DNA of 64,000 nt, from the NCBI GenBank assembly GCA_963678315.1, contig OY782781.1, forward strand, positions 800,001-864,000. Reading direction: 5' to 3'. The translations under genes and the position numbers were made by a program. This document shows, in pieces, positions 41,025-50,656 of the stretch. This stretch comes from Candidatus Cloacimonadales bacterium. GTDB taxonomy: Bacteria > Cloacimonadota > Cloacimonadia > Cloacimonadales > JAFGVF01. Position 1 is the first letter of the stretch; every line of letters begins with the position of its first letter. Under the pieces are notes generated by a model. That model was not told the origin of the DNA and ran no database searches. It saw nothing but the letters and a program-made list of their open reading frames with translations.

Positions 41025-42017
41025 TTATACCATTTTGATTGCATCTTTAGGGCATTTTTCAAGGCACACTTCGCAACCAATACATTTGTCTTTGTTAATT
41101 TTATGAACTTCTTTTACACTACCTTCAATAGCGTCTACAGGGCAGTTTCTAGCACATATTGTACAGCCAATACACTTTTCTTCGATAACTTCAGCTTTTT
41201 TACGTTTTCCAGCTAAAGCATCTTCGATAGCTTTGGTTGGACACTTTGTAGCACACAATCCACAATTGATACACTTATCGTAGTCGATGATAGCAAGTTT
41301 ATCTTCAATAGTGATAGCATCTACAGGACAGTTTTTAGCACATATTCCACAACCGATACATGGATGACCAGCACCGCAAACTTGTTTAGGAAGAGCGCCG
41401 AAATCGCGAGATGAACAGTCTATTCTAACAACTTTATCAACTGGGATAAGGTCTATTAGATTTCTCGGGCAAGCTCTAACACAAGCGCCACATGCAGTAC
41501 ACTTATCTTCGTCAATAATACGGTTATTATTCTCATCAATTATAATTGCATCGAATGGGCAGGCATCAAAACAGTCGTTAAAACCAACACAACCATGAGA
41601 GCACATGTTTGGCCCTTGAGCCATTGTCACAGCAGCTTTACAAGTTGAGATACCTTGGTATTCGTATTTATATTTTGTGTTATTTGTACCACCACTTTTA
41701 CAGTGAATATAGGCTACTTTTTTTGTACCTGCTTCAGCAGAAGTACCCATGATTTTAGCAATAGCAGCCACACAATCATCTCCACCGGGAGCACATTTAT
41801 TAATTGCTTCGCCGTTTTCTACAATAGCTTCAGCATAACCAGCACAGCCAGGTTTTCCACAAGCACCACAGTTAGCACCAGGAAGAGCTTCAAGAATTTG
41901 TTCAACTCTTGGGTCAACTTCAACATGGAATTTCTTAGAAGCAACAGCAAGACCGAAACCGTAGAGCAGTCCTAAACCACCGACAACACCAATAGGGATT
42001 AAAATAGTTTCTAGCAT
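41025..42017 (-). CDS. rnfB: Rnf complex subunit B (polyferredoxin)
   Basis: [10 protein letters not shown] and multiple CxxCxxCxxxCP motifs. Confidence 0.95.
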   Translation of the reverse strand: MLETILIPIGVVGGLGLLYGFGLAVASKKFHVEVDPRVEQILEALPGANCGACGKPGCAGYAEAIVENGEAINKCAPGGDDCVAAIAKIMGTSAEAGTKKVAYIHCKSGGTNNTKYKYEYQGISTCKAAVTMAQGPNMCSHGCVGFNDCFDACPFDAIIIDENNNRIIDEDKCTACGACVRACPRNLIDLIPVDKVVRIDCSSRDFGALPKQVCGAGHPCIGCGICAKNCPVDAITIEDKLAIIDYDKCINCGLCATKCPTKAIEDALAGKRKKAEVIEEKCIGCTICARNCPVDAIEGSVKEVHKINKDKCIGCEVCLEKCPKDAIKMV

Positions 42018-42030
42018 TTTACATTACTCC

Positions 42031-42630
42031 TTAGAATTTAAGTCCTGAGAAACCTAGGAAAGCAAGAGCCATTGAACCAGCAACAATAAGTGCTATAGGC
42101 ATTCCTTTCATAGATGCAGGAAGTTCAGCATATTCAAGTTTTTCTCTAATTCCAGCCATTAATACAAGAACTAATGTAAAACCAACACCTGAGAAGAATC
42201 CGTTTAACACAGAGAATCCAAAGTTGTATGGTAAGCCGTCGTTGGCTGTTAAGTTAAGAATAGCAACACCAAGAACAGCACAGTTTGTAGTGATTAGGGG
42301 TAGGAATACTCCTAAAGACTTATAGAGGGCTGGGGCGTTTTTTTGAATGACCATTTCAACAAATTGCACCAGAGATGCAATGGTTAAAATAAAAGCAATA
42401 GTTTGTAAATATTCTATGCCAAAAGGCACTAATAAATAAGTTTGAATTAACCAAGTAATAGCAGAAGCCATAGTCATCACAAAGATAACAGCCATACCCA
42501 TACCCATAGCTGAATCTAATTTCTTAGAAACACCTAAGTAAGGACAAATACCTAAGAATTTTGCTAGAACAAAGTTATTTATAAAGATGGCACCAACTGC
42601 CATTATCATTATTTGACCTAATAATTCCAT
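42031..42630 (-). CDS. rnfA: Rnf complex subunit A
   Basis: [13 protein letters not shown] and [12 protein letters not shown] motifs. Confidence 0.96.
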   Translation of the reverse strand: MELLGQIMIMAVGAIFINNFVLAKFLGICPYLGVSKKLDSAMGMGMAVIFVMTMASAITWLIQTYLLVPFGIEYLQTIAFILTIASLVQFVEMVIQKNAPALYKSLGVFLPLITTNCAVLGVAILNLTANDGLPYNFGFSVLNGFFSGVGFTLVLVLMAGIREKLEYAELPASMKGMPIALIVAGSMALAFLGFSGLKF

Positions 42631-43229
42631 TATTCCCCTCTCTTCTTAAGCATATTGATCACAGCAAGAATAAAGCCTAAGGTGATAAAAGCACCAGGAG
42701 CTAAAATTGCTACTAAGATTGAGTTATCTTGATAAGCTTTTGGTAGAATATCGAAACCAAGAAGTTTACCAGCACCAAGAAGTTCTCTAATTGATGCAAG
42801 AACAGATAATGCGAAGGTAAATCCTAAGCCCATTCCTAAGGCATCCATGATTGACATGAAGATATTATTCTTAGAGGCAAAAGCTTCTGCTCTTCCAAGA
42901 ATAATACAGTTAACCACAATCAAAGGGATAAACAATCCTAGAGATTTATGTAAAGGTGGTAAAAGTGCAGCCATGGACATATCAACGATAGTAACGAAAG
43001 TCGCAATCACCACGATAAACATTGGAATTCTGATTTTAGCAGGAACAATTCCTTTAATAAGAGAAACAATCATATTAGAACATAATAAAACAAATGTAGA
43101 AGATAAACCCATACCCAGGGCATCTTTCACAGAAGATGTAACAGCAAGTGTTGGACACATACCAAGCACTAAGATGAACACAGGGTTTTCTTTAATAAAT
43201 CCCTTGGTAAATTCTTTCATTGCATTCAT
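42630..43229 (-). CDS. rnfE: Rnf complex subunit E
   Basis: [10 protein letters not shown] and [18 protein letters not shown] motifs. Confidence 0.96.
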   Translation of the reverse strand: MNAMKEFTKGFIKENPVFILVLGMCPTLAVTSSVKDALGMGLSSTFVLLCSNMIVSLIKGIVPAKIRIPMFIVVIATFVTIVDMSMAALLPPLHKSLGLFIPLIVVNCIILGRAEAFASKNNIFMSIMDALGMGLGFTFALSVLASIRELLGAGKLLGFDILPKAYQDNSILVAILAPGAFITLGFILAVINMLKKRGE

Positions 43230-43801
43230 TATTTACCTTCCTTTTCCATAAGTTTAATGATACTATCTTTGATTGAATTAGTAACAGTTCTAGTTGTGAT
43301 TGTTGCACCTGTGATTGATTTAATATCTCCACCGTCTTTATCTACTTTAAGTGTTTCTAGAGATCTGTCCTTAAATTTAGGAGCAAAGTCTTCAGCAACA
43401 CATTTAGCACCAAGACCCGGAGTCTCTGCTTGATCAATAACTTTTATCTTTTTAATTTTATAATTATTATCTAAGCCAACTACTGTTTTAACATTGGAAC
43501 TATAACCATATTTTGCAGCAGTTAACACATAACCTACTTTATCACCTGTATCTTTTTGTTTAGCTATATAGTAAAAGACAGAATCCCCTTTTACGTCCAT
43601 TTCTAGTAATTTCTTATCAAAGTCTACCTTATCTTCTGTAAGATCAGAATCAGTGATAACTTCTAACCTAGCTTTCCTTGCATCTTCTGCTTTAACAGCT
43701 GCAATTTTAGGACTTGTTATTTGATTAACATAAGCTAAAACACCAGCAGCAATAGCACAAGTAATTAAGAGAATAAAACCTAATTTAATATAATACTTCA
43801 T
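43229..43801 (-). CDS. rnfG: Rnf complex subunit G
   Basis: N-terminal TM, ETPGLG, FMN site ITGATIT; ATG overlaps the rnfD stop codon. Confidence 0.94.
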   Translation of the reverse strand: MKYYIKLGFILLITCAIAAGVLAYVNQITSPKIAAVKAEDARKARLEVITDSDLTEDKVDFDKKLLEMDVKGDSVFYYIAKQKDTGDKVGYVLTAAKYGYSSNVKTVVGLDNNYKIKKIKVIDQAETPGLGAKCVAEDFAPKFKDRSLETLKVDKDGGDIKSITGATITTRTVTNSIKDSIIKLMEKEGK

Positions 43802-44898
43802 TATTTTACCTCTCCAAATGCTTTTGGCATTGTCCATTTATCGATAAGTGGAGTAGCAAGGTTCATTAGTAGAATTGAGTATGAAACACCTTCTGGATAA
43901 CCACCAACTAGTCTGATTGTTACAGTAAGAATACCACAACCAATACCGAAGATGAGGCGACCCTTTTTGGTAACAGGAGTAGATACATAATCTGTTGCCA
44001 TAAAGAAAGCACCCAGCATCATACCACCTGATAAGATATGGAAAAGAGGTAGTTGAACATTAGCTGAGAAAAGACCATTCATTCCGCCGAACATCCATGA
44101 AAGAACAAAGACACTTGCAATATATGAAGTAGGGATTCTCCAATCAATGATGTGTTTCCACATTAGGAAAAGACCACCGATAATCAAAGCAATAGCTGAA
44201 ACTTCACCAATACAGCCACCAATGTTACCAATAAATAGGTTCTGTAAAGAAGACCAATCAATCAAGCCATTGAAGACTGTTTCTTGAACTTCAGAAGCAG
44301 TGTGTCCACTAGTAACATCAGAGAACATTGTTGTATCCCTAATAGCTTTCACAACATTAAGAGGAGTTGCAGAAGTTATCTTTGTATGAGCAATAGCTGA
44401 TAGTGTATCAACTTGAGCCATAACTCCTTCAGAAATACCACTGATTGAACCTTTCACAGTTGTTTTCCAGCCATCAGTCATAAGTGTTGGCCAAGAAGCT
44501 AGCATAAAGGCTCTACCAAGTAAAGCAGGGTTTAAAGGGTTATTACCTAGTCCACCAAAAACTTGTTTACCAACACCGATTGCAAATATAGAACCAGCAA
44601 CAGGTAACCACCAAGGTGCATTAGCATGAATATTGAATGATACTAGCATACCAGTCAAGAAGGCTGAACCATCAGTAACAGTTACAGGAACCTTTCTCCA
44701 TACTTGGATTAGGGCTTCACAAGCAACGGCAGCAAGTCCACCAATCATAGTTAACACAAAAGCCATAATTCCATAGAAGTAGCTTGCTACGCCTAAAGCT
44801 GGAACTAGAGCTAGTATAACAAACCACATTATCTTTGAAGTACTTAAATGCTCATGTAAATGAGGAGCAGGAGATACTTTATAAGTATTATTTGACAT
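43801..44898 (-). CDS. rnfD: Rnf complex subunit D
   Basis: KQVFGGLG, NPAL, SATPL, AFFMATD and GYPEG motifs. Confidence 0.96.
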   Translation of the reverse strand: MSNNTYKVSPAPHLHEHLSTSKIMWFVILALVPALGVASYFYGIMAFVLTMIGGLAAVACEALIQVWRKVPVTVTDGSAFLTGMLVSFNIHANAPWWLPVAGSIFAIGVGKQVFGGLGNNPLNPALLGRAFMLASWPTLMTDGWKTTVKGSISGISEGVMAQVDTLSAIAHTKITSATPLNVVKAIRDTTMFSDVTSGHTASEVQETVFNGLIDWSSLQNLFIGNIGGCIGEVSAIALIIGGLFLMWKHIIDWRIPTSYIASVFVLSWMFGGMNGLFSANVQLPLFHILSGGMMLGAFFMATDYVSTPVTKKGRLIFGIGCGILTVTIRLVGGYPEGVSYSILLMNLATPLIDKWTMPKAFGEVK

Positions 44899-44909
44899 TC
44901 TATAAACTC

Positions 44910-46238
44910 CTATTTAGCTTTTTTACGATTTTCGAAGATTTTAGCTTTAGCAATATCAACATATTGAATAATATTGATATTTGCAGGGCATACATAAGCA
45001 CAAGTTCCGCACTTCATACAGTCCATTGCACCAGCCTTTTCAGCCATTTCCCAATCATTATATTTAGCAGCTCTGACAATCATGTTTGGTATTAAGTTCA
45101 TAGGGCAAACATTCACACAGCCAGCACAGCTAATACAGTTATTCTCTTTATTTCGTTTAGCTTGTTTCTTATTGAAGATTAATAGTCCAGAAGAGCCTTT
45201 TGTCATTGGTGTTTCTAAGGTTGGAATAGCAAATCCCATCATAGGTCCACCAGAAATAACAGAACCTATCTCTTCAGTAACTCCACCAGCCCCTTCAAGA
45301 AGCTCGGAGTATAGAGTTCCGATTCTAGCATTATAGTTTTTTGGATTCTTAACAATGGCACCGGTAACTGAGATTACTCTTTCAATAAGTGGTTTTTTCT
45401 TAGCAACAGCTTCATAAACAGCCAAAGCAGAACCAACATTGTTTACCACAACCTTTGCTTCCATTGGAAGTCCGCCCTTGTTAGGAACTTTTCTTTTAGT
45501 TGCAGCATAGATAAGTTGCTTTTCAGCACCCTGAGGATATTTAACTTTCAAGCTAACAACTTCTATGTTATTTTCTTTGCTAAGCAAATTTGTCATGTGT
45601 TTGATAGCGTCAGGCTTGTTAGCCTCAATACCTATTATACCTTTCTTTGCTGAAACAATCTTCATGATTATCTTCAGACCTTTGATTATGTCTTCAGCTT
45701 TTTCAAGCATGATTCTGTAGTCAGCAGTTAAGAATGGTTCACATTCAACACCATTTAAAATAACAGTATCGATTGGCTTATCAGCAGGAGGAGAAAGTTT
45801 AACATGAGTAGGGAAACCTGCACCACCCATACCACAAACTCCTGCAGCAGAAATTCTGTTTTTCATTTCATCAATTGGAAGATTTAGGAAGTCTTTCTCT
45901 TCAACTAAATCGACCCATTCATCTCTTTTACCATCACCAGTAATCTCAATAGCCATCTGGGTATTTCCTACTGGGTGAGGGAATTTAGCAATCTTAGTAA
46001 CTTTTCCTGTGATAGAAGCATGCATAGGAATAGAAACAAAACCACCAGCTTCACTAATTTGTTGTCCTGTTTTTACTTCATCTCCAACCTTAACGATTGG
46101 TTTTGAAGGAGCTCCAATATGCTGGGATAAAGGAATTACAACTCTTTTTGGGAGTGGGAATTCTTCAATGAAAGCATCTTTAGAAAATTCTTTAAAATCA
46201 TGTGGATGTGTTCCACCCATAAATGTTTTTAAGCTCAT
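44910..46238 (-). CDS. rnfC: Rnf complex subunit C
   Basis: QHIGAP, GMGGAGFPTHVK, ECEPFLTAD and two ferredoxin motifs. Confidence 0.96.
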   Translation of the reverse strand: MSLKTFMGGTHPHDFKEFSKDAFIEEFPLPKRVVIPLSQHIGAPSKPIVKVGDEVKTGQQISEAGGFVSIPMHASITGKVTKIAKFPHPVGNTQMAIEITGDGKRDEWVDLVEEKDFLNLPIDEMKNRISAAGVCGMGGAGFPTHVKLSPPADKPIDTVILNGVECEPFLTADYRIMLEKAEDIIKGLKIIMKIVSAKKGIIGIEANKPDAIKHMTNLLSKENNIEVVSLKVKYPQGAEKQLIYAATKRKVPNKGGLPMEAKVVVNNVGSALAVYEAVAKKKPLIERVISVTGAIVKNPKNYNARIGTLYSELLEGAGGVTEEIGSVISGGPMMGFAIPTLETPMTKGSSGLLIFNKKQAKRNKENNCISCAGCVNVCPMNLIPNMIVRAAKYNDWEMAEKAGAMDCMKCGTCAYVCPANINIIQYVDIAKAKIFENRKKAK

Positions 46239-47469
46239 TTATTCTCCCGATTCTTTTATAATTATTTCCGTTCTTAAATTCGTCCTGTTTAATAGTTTTT
46301 ATCTCTAATATATCACTTTAATTAATTAGATTCCCAAATAATATGAAATTGCAAATAATGCAAGTTTTTTAATTCGATAAATATATCACTAAACTTCTTT
46401 AAAACAATAACTTCAGTTATTTTAATCGAACTGAGTGTCATGTCTGCAAAATTCCACTGGAACACCATGCAAGAGTCTTCGTCAATCACAGCCCCTACTT
46501 GCGAAAGGGTTTGGGATACAATCGTCCCTGCTTTCGAAATATTATTGGGATTGTAAGCTTCCCAGCTTACGAAAATACAGACCGGGATTGTAAGCTTCCC
46601 AGCTTACGAAATATTATTGGGATTGTAAGCTTCCCAGCTTACAAATCTATTTTGCGTAAGCATGAACTTTGTTCAACCTAACGGTGGATGCTTACACTCC
46701 AAGCCCAGCTTACGAAATATTATTGGGATTGTAAGCTTCAGTCTTCGCCTGACACAGTCCCAGCTTACGAAATATTATTGGGATTGTAAGCTTCAGTCTT
46801 CGCCTGACACAGTCCCAGCTTACAAATCTATTTTGCGTAAGCATGAACCTTGTTCAACCTAACGGTGGATGCTTACACTCCAAGCCTAGCTTGTGAAAAT
46901 ACAGACCGGGATTGTAAGCTTCCCAGCTTACGAAATATTATTATTGGGATTGTAAGCTTCCCAGCTTACGAAATATTATTATTGGGATTGTAAGCTTCCC
47001 AGCTTACGAATCTATTTTGCGTAAGCATGAACTTTGTTCAACCTATCGGTGGATGCTTACACTCCAAGCCCAGCTTACGAAAATACAGACCGGGATTGTA
47101 AGCTTCCCAGCTTACAAATCTATTTTGCGTAAGCATGAACTTTGTTCAACCTAACGGTGGATGCTTACACTCCAAGCCCAGCTTACGAATCTATTTTGCG
47201 TAAGCATGAACCTTGTTCAACCTATCGGTGGATGCTTACACTCCAAGCCTAGCTTGTGAAAATACAGACCGGGATTGTAAGCTTCCCAGCTTACGAAATA
47301 TTATTGGGATTGTAAGCTTCCCAGCTTACGAATCTATTTTGCGTAAGCATGAACTTTGTTCAACCTAACGGTGGATGCTTACACTCCAAGCCCAGCTTAC
47401 GAAATATTATTGGGATTGTAAGCTTCCCAGCTTACGAAAATACAGACCGGGATTGTAAGCTTCCCAGCT

Positions 47470-48864
47470 CAATGTCATTAAGTTAAGCTAATATACATTT
47501 TTCTTATTCCTCTTCCAAAAGCAAAGCCATTGATATGCTTTACCTTTCGACCGTTCAAATTTTCTATTAGGTCTTATTGGAACAGGTGTTTGTATAAATA
47601 TTTTATTTAATTTAATAATCAGTTTATCTATATCACTTTCTGTGCATAATAAATAAAAAAGATTGTCTTTTATAGCATTAAATGAGATAGCTTTATTTAC
47701 TTTCTGTTTATATTTATTGTTTTGGCTTCTCTTTTTTAATTCATTCTCAGCATCTTCGGTAAGTATTGTTTCTAGATTAGATAGAAAAATAGTTGAATAA
47801 AAATCTTGCTTTATTGATTCAACTGATTTACCTGTAAAGTTTTCTAAAGATAAACGTCCCTTAATAACGCCATAAAATGTTTCGACTCCCCATCTTTGCC
47901 AATATAAACGTTTAAACTCTTCTGTAGGATAAAGTTCTTCATCTAACAAAGATGTCGCTAGTATCTCAACTTCACCAGAATCTAAAATAACTTTTACTAA
48001 TCTTAACTGTATCTCATCTGTAAGGTTAGTCTTATTCTTTTGTACTCTAAGTCTAGATCTCTTTAGAGTAATAATTTCACTCTCTTTATTACTGTTCTTC
48101 ATCAAAGATATTTCTTTTATCCAAGAGGTACCACACCTGATTAAAAAATTTATTCCTTTATCATAGCAATCACTTACAAGTTCATAAGATGGATAACCTC
48201 TATCTAAAATTACAAGATCTTCTTTACCGAGATGTTTTAAATGATTTATGGCAAGAGCTCTTTCTGATTCTCTTGAGTGTGTAATTGTGGAATCGATTAC
48301 TATATTATTCATAACGTCATATGCTACTGAGGCTATTGCTCTTACGTGCTCACCAACTTTTCCACTTGGAGTCTGGGTAGGAATTGTATTAAAATATTCT
48401 CTAGTTTCTTGGTTATCTGGAACTGAGACGCGTGTACCATCTATGGCTATTAATCGGAAACCCTTATACCTTTTATAACTTTTATCATTATAAAACTCTT
48501 TTACAATTATATCTTTATTTAAGTCTACAAATAGTTTGTAAGAAAATTTTCGACGTGCTTGAGTAAAAGCACTTGAACTTACTGTTTCGCAGCCTTCTAC
48601 AAATCTATCAAAGAACTCATTAAGTCTAATCTGAAGTGATTTTACACTTTTCATAAGAACGAGTATTGCTAATGATTTAAAGCTAAATTTACGTTTTCTC
48701 AAGAAAGACTTTTCTCCTATTTTATATTTATTTACAGTTGAATCTAAACCTAACACATAACTTATTAATTTCAATATTTTTTTTTCATTATGACCCTAAT
48801 TATTCATTTATTACATAGTTTTTATAGTTAATTATTTTAGTCAAATCTTAACTTAATGACATTG
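47470..48864 (-). mobile_element. IS4-family element (1395 bp)
   Basis: 18-bp perfect terminal inverted repeat CAATGTCATTAAGTTAAG; 12-bp target duplication AGCTTCCCAGCT (47458-47469 and 48865-48876). Confidence 0.94.
47488..48774 (-). CDS. IS4-family DDE transposase
   Basis: SAFTQARRK, IAIDGT, LDRGY and the YREK-like LYWQRWGVETFYGVIK. Confidence 0.92.
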   Translation of the reverse strand: MKLISYVLGLDSTVNKYKIGEKSFLRKRKFSFKSLAILVLMKSVKSLQIRLNEFFDRFVEGCETVSSSAFTQARRKFSYKLFVDLNKDIIVKEFYNDKSYKRYKGFRLIAIDGTRVSVPDNQETREYFNTIPTQTPSGKVGEHVRAIASVAYDVMNNIVIDSTITHSRESERALAINHLKHLGKEDLVILDRGYPSYELVSDCYDKGINFLIRCGTSWIKEISLMKNSNKESEIITLKRSRLRVQKNKTNLTDEIQLRLVKVILDSGEVEILATSLLDEELYPTEEFKRLYWQRWGVETFYGVIKGRLSLENFTGKSVESIKQDFYSTIFLSNLETILTEDAENELKKRSQNNKYKQKVNKAISFNAIKDNLFYLLCTESDIDKLIIKLNKIFIQTPVPIRPNRKFERSKGKAYQWLCFWKRNKKNVY

Positions 48865-49315
48865 AGCTTCCCAGCTTACGAATCTATTTTGCATAAGCAT
48901 GAACTTTGTTCAACCTATCGGTGGATGCTTACACTCCAAGCCCAGCTTGTGAAAATACAGACCGGGATTGTAAGCTTCCCAGCTTACGAAATATTATTGG
49001 GATTGTAAGCTTCCCAGCTTACGAATCTATTTTGCGTAAGCATGAACTTTGTTCAACCTAACGGTGGATGCTTACACTCCAAGCCCAGCTTACGAATCTA
49101 TTTTGCGTAAGCATGAACCTTGTTCAACCTATCGGTGGATGCTTACACTCCATCTTGAAGGTATCGGCCACTTATAATTCTTAATATTTGGGGGTTTATT
49201 AGGGGCATTTCTGTAAATTGTAAGCTTGCCTTCTTTCTTTGGAAAAAGAAAGAAGCCTGCGTCTAGGGACAGCAGGCTAAATATTCCACTAAAAAAGGGA
49301 ATGTGTGCTAAAATT

Positions 49316-50569
49316 CTATTTTAACTTAATAAATTTACTTTGGTAAGATTGATTTCCATTCTTTACTTTGACCAAGTATAAACCACTTGCTGTAGTCTTA
49401 TTATTCATATCTAAGCCATTCCATTTAACAAGTGAGGAAGAAGTTGAGAATTGCTTAACAAACTGTCCTTTTATATTATAGATTGATATTTTGCTAGTAG
49501 TTTTGGCTGGGTTGTCAAGTTTAATACTAATAGATCCTTGCATAGGGTTTGGGTAACAAGAAATATCTAATTGAGCAAGTTCTACTTCTGAATTACTATT
49601 AGGAGTGGTATTTTCTGCAAAGATGATGTCTGTTGGGTAGAGAGCAACTTCATAACTTAAACTATTCTGAATGCTGTTGTCAGTAACATGAACTGTACCA
49701 TTAGAGCCCCAATTAGAATTAACATAAGCAAGGACCTGTCCATCAGTAGCGATAGTAGATCCACCAGGAGTAAGAGGATTTTCAATATTTTCTACAAGAG
49801 TATTATTGTTTAAATCAATAACATATATTCCAGTGTTATTAGATTCAGAAATATAAGCTCTATCATTTAAGAAAGCAGCTTTACCTATGCTTACACCTGT
49901 AGGAATACTAGCAATAATTTGATTATTTGTAGGGTCAATAACTTCAATCTGTCCCATTACACTTGACCAGTTACCAGTACACATTACATAGATTAAACCA
50001 TTATAAGCTTTTATGTGTTGAGGATTCAGAGAAGTTTCTATTACAGAAAGCACATTTAGTTGAGCTAAGCCTAAAACAAGAACACGTGAACCTTCATAAT
50101 TACTGCCGTAATCACCTGCACAAGCAACATATAGCTTTCCATCTGCTATTTCTATACCTTCAGGGTTTACACCAACTGAAACTTCTTCTACAATCTCTTC
50201 TGTAATTAAGTCTATTTTGTATAAAGAACCAGTAAAATATCCAGTCACATATAAGAATCCTTCATGCGCTTTTGCATACCAAGGATTAGAAGAATCGGCT
50301 ACATAGATATTGCTAACTGTAGCACCAGTTTCTAAATCAATCTTCTGTACAGAATTATCACCAGAATTAGTTACATAAGCATAACCATCGTTAATATCAA
50401 TCCAGTTGGGGGTAGTTCCAAGCTGAGCATAATCATTTGTTACAGTGCCGTCTTCAGTGTTAATTTTACTTAGGGTAGCACTAGTAGAATTCACTACATA
50501 AATATCTCTAGCATTTAAAAGACCAATACAAACGATAAACAACAAAACAAATAGTAATTTCTTTCTCAT
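49316..50569 (-). CDS. Secreted beta-propeller (YncE/BtuG-like) with FlgD-Ig/T9SS-like C-terminal domain
   Basis: Signal peptide; blade repeats AYVTNSGDNSVQKIDL and VGVNPEGI; C-terminal CYPNP...IYNIKGQ...SGLY; lies in the B12 operon. Confidence 0.8.
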   Translation of the reverse strand: MRKKLLFVLLFIVCIGLLNARDIYVVNSTSATLSKINTEDGTVTNDYAQLGTTPNWIDINDGYAYVTNSGDNSVQKIDLETGATVSNIYVADSSNPWYAKAHEGFLYVTGYFTGSLYKIDLITEEIVEEVSVGVNPEGIEIADGKLYVACAGDYGSNYEGSRVLVLGLAQLNVLSVIETSLNPQHIKAYNGLIYVMCTGNWSSVMGQIEVIDPTNNQIIASIPTGVSIGKAAFLNDRAYISESNNTGIYVIDLNNNTLVENIENPLTPGGSTIATDGQVLAYVNSNWGSNGTVHVTDNSIQNSLSYEVALYPTDIIFAENTTPNSNSEVELAQLDISCYPNPMQGSISIKLDNPAKTTSKISIYNIKGQFVKQFSTSSSLVKWNGLDMNNKTTASGLYLVKVKNGNQSYQSKFIKLK

Positions 50570-50656
50570 TATTACTCCGTATATTATATTCTTTAAAGTT
50601 AGGCAGCCCTCATGTTCACCATTATGAAGGCCACCTAAATGGATAAGGATTCTATT

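Larger units (their letters stand above)
46536..49151. repeat. Combinatorial REP/BIME-like array of 24 modules, interrupted by IS4
   Basis: 13 copies of GGGATTGTAAGCTTCCCAGCTTAC, 2 with a 20-nt loop insert, and 9 of GTAAGCATGAAC..GTTCAACC..CGGTGGATGCTTACACTCC; only a few linker types recur. Confidence 0.92.

Noticed and set aside
46499..46862. ORFs of 60 and 66 aa in the repeat array
   Set aside because: Translations of the repeat modules, with no Shine-Dalgarno; module lengths of 35, 37, 38, 55 and 71 nt do not preserve frame.
46536..49151. CRISPR array
   Set aside because: The would-be spacers are a few recurring 11-14-nt linkers rather than unique sequences, two repeat types occur in opposite orientation, and there are no cas genes in the window.
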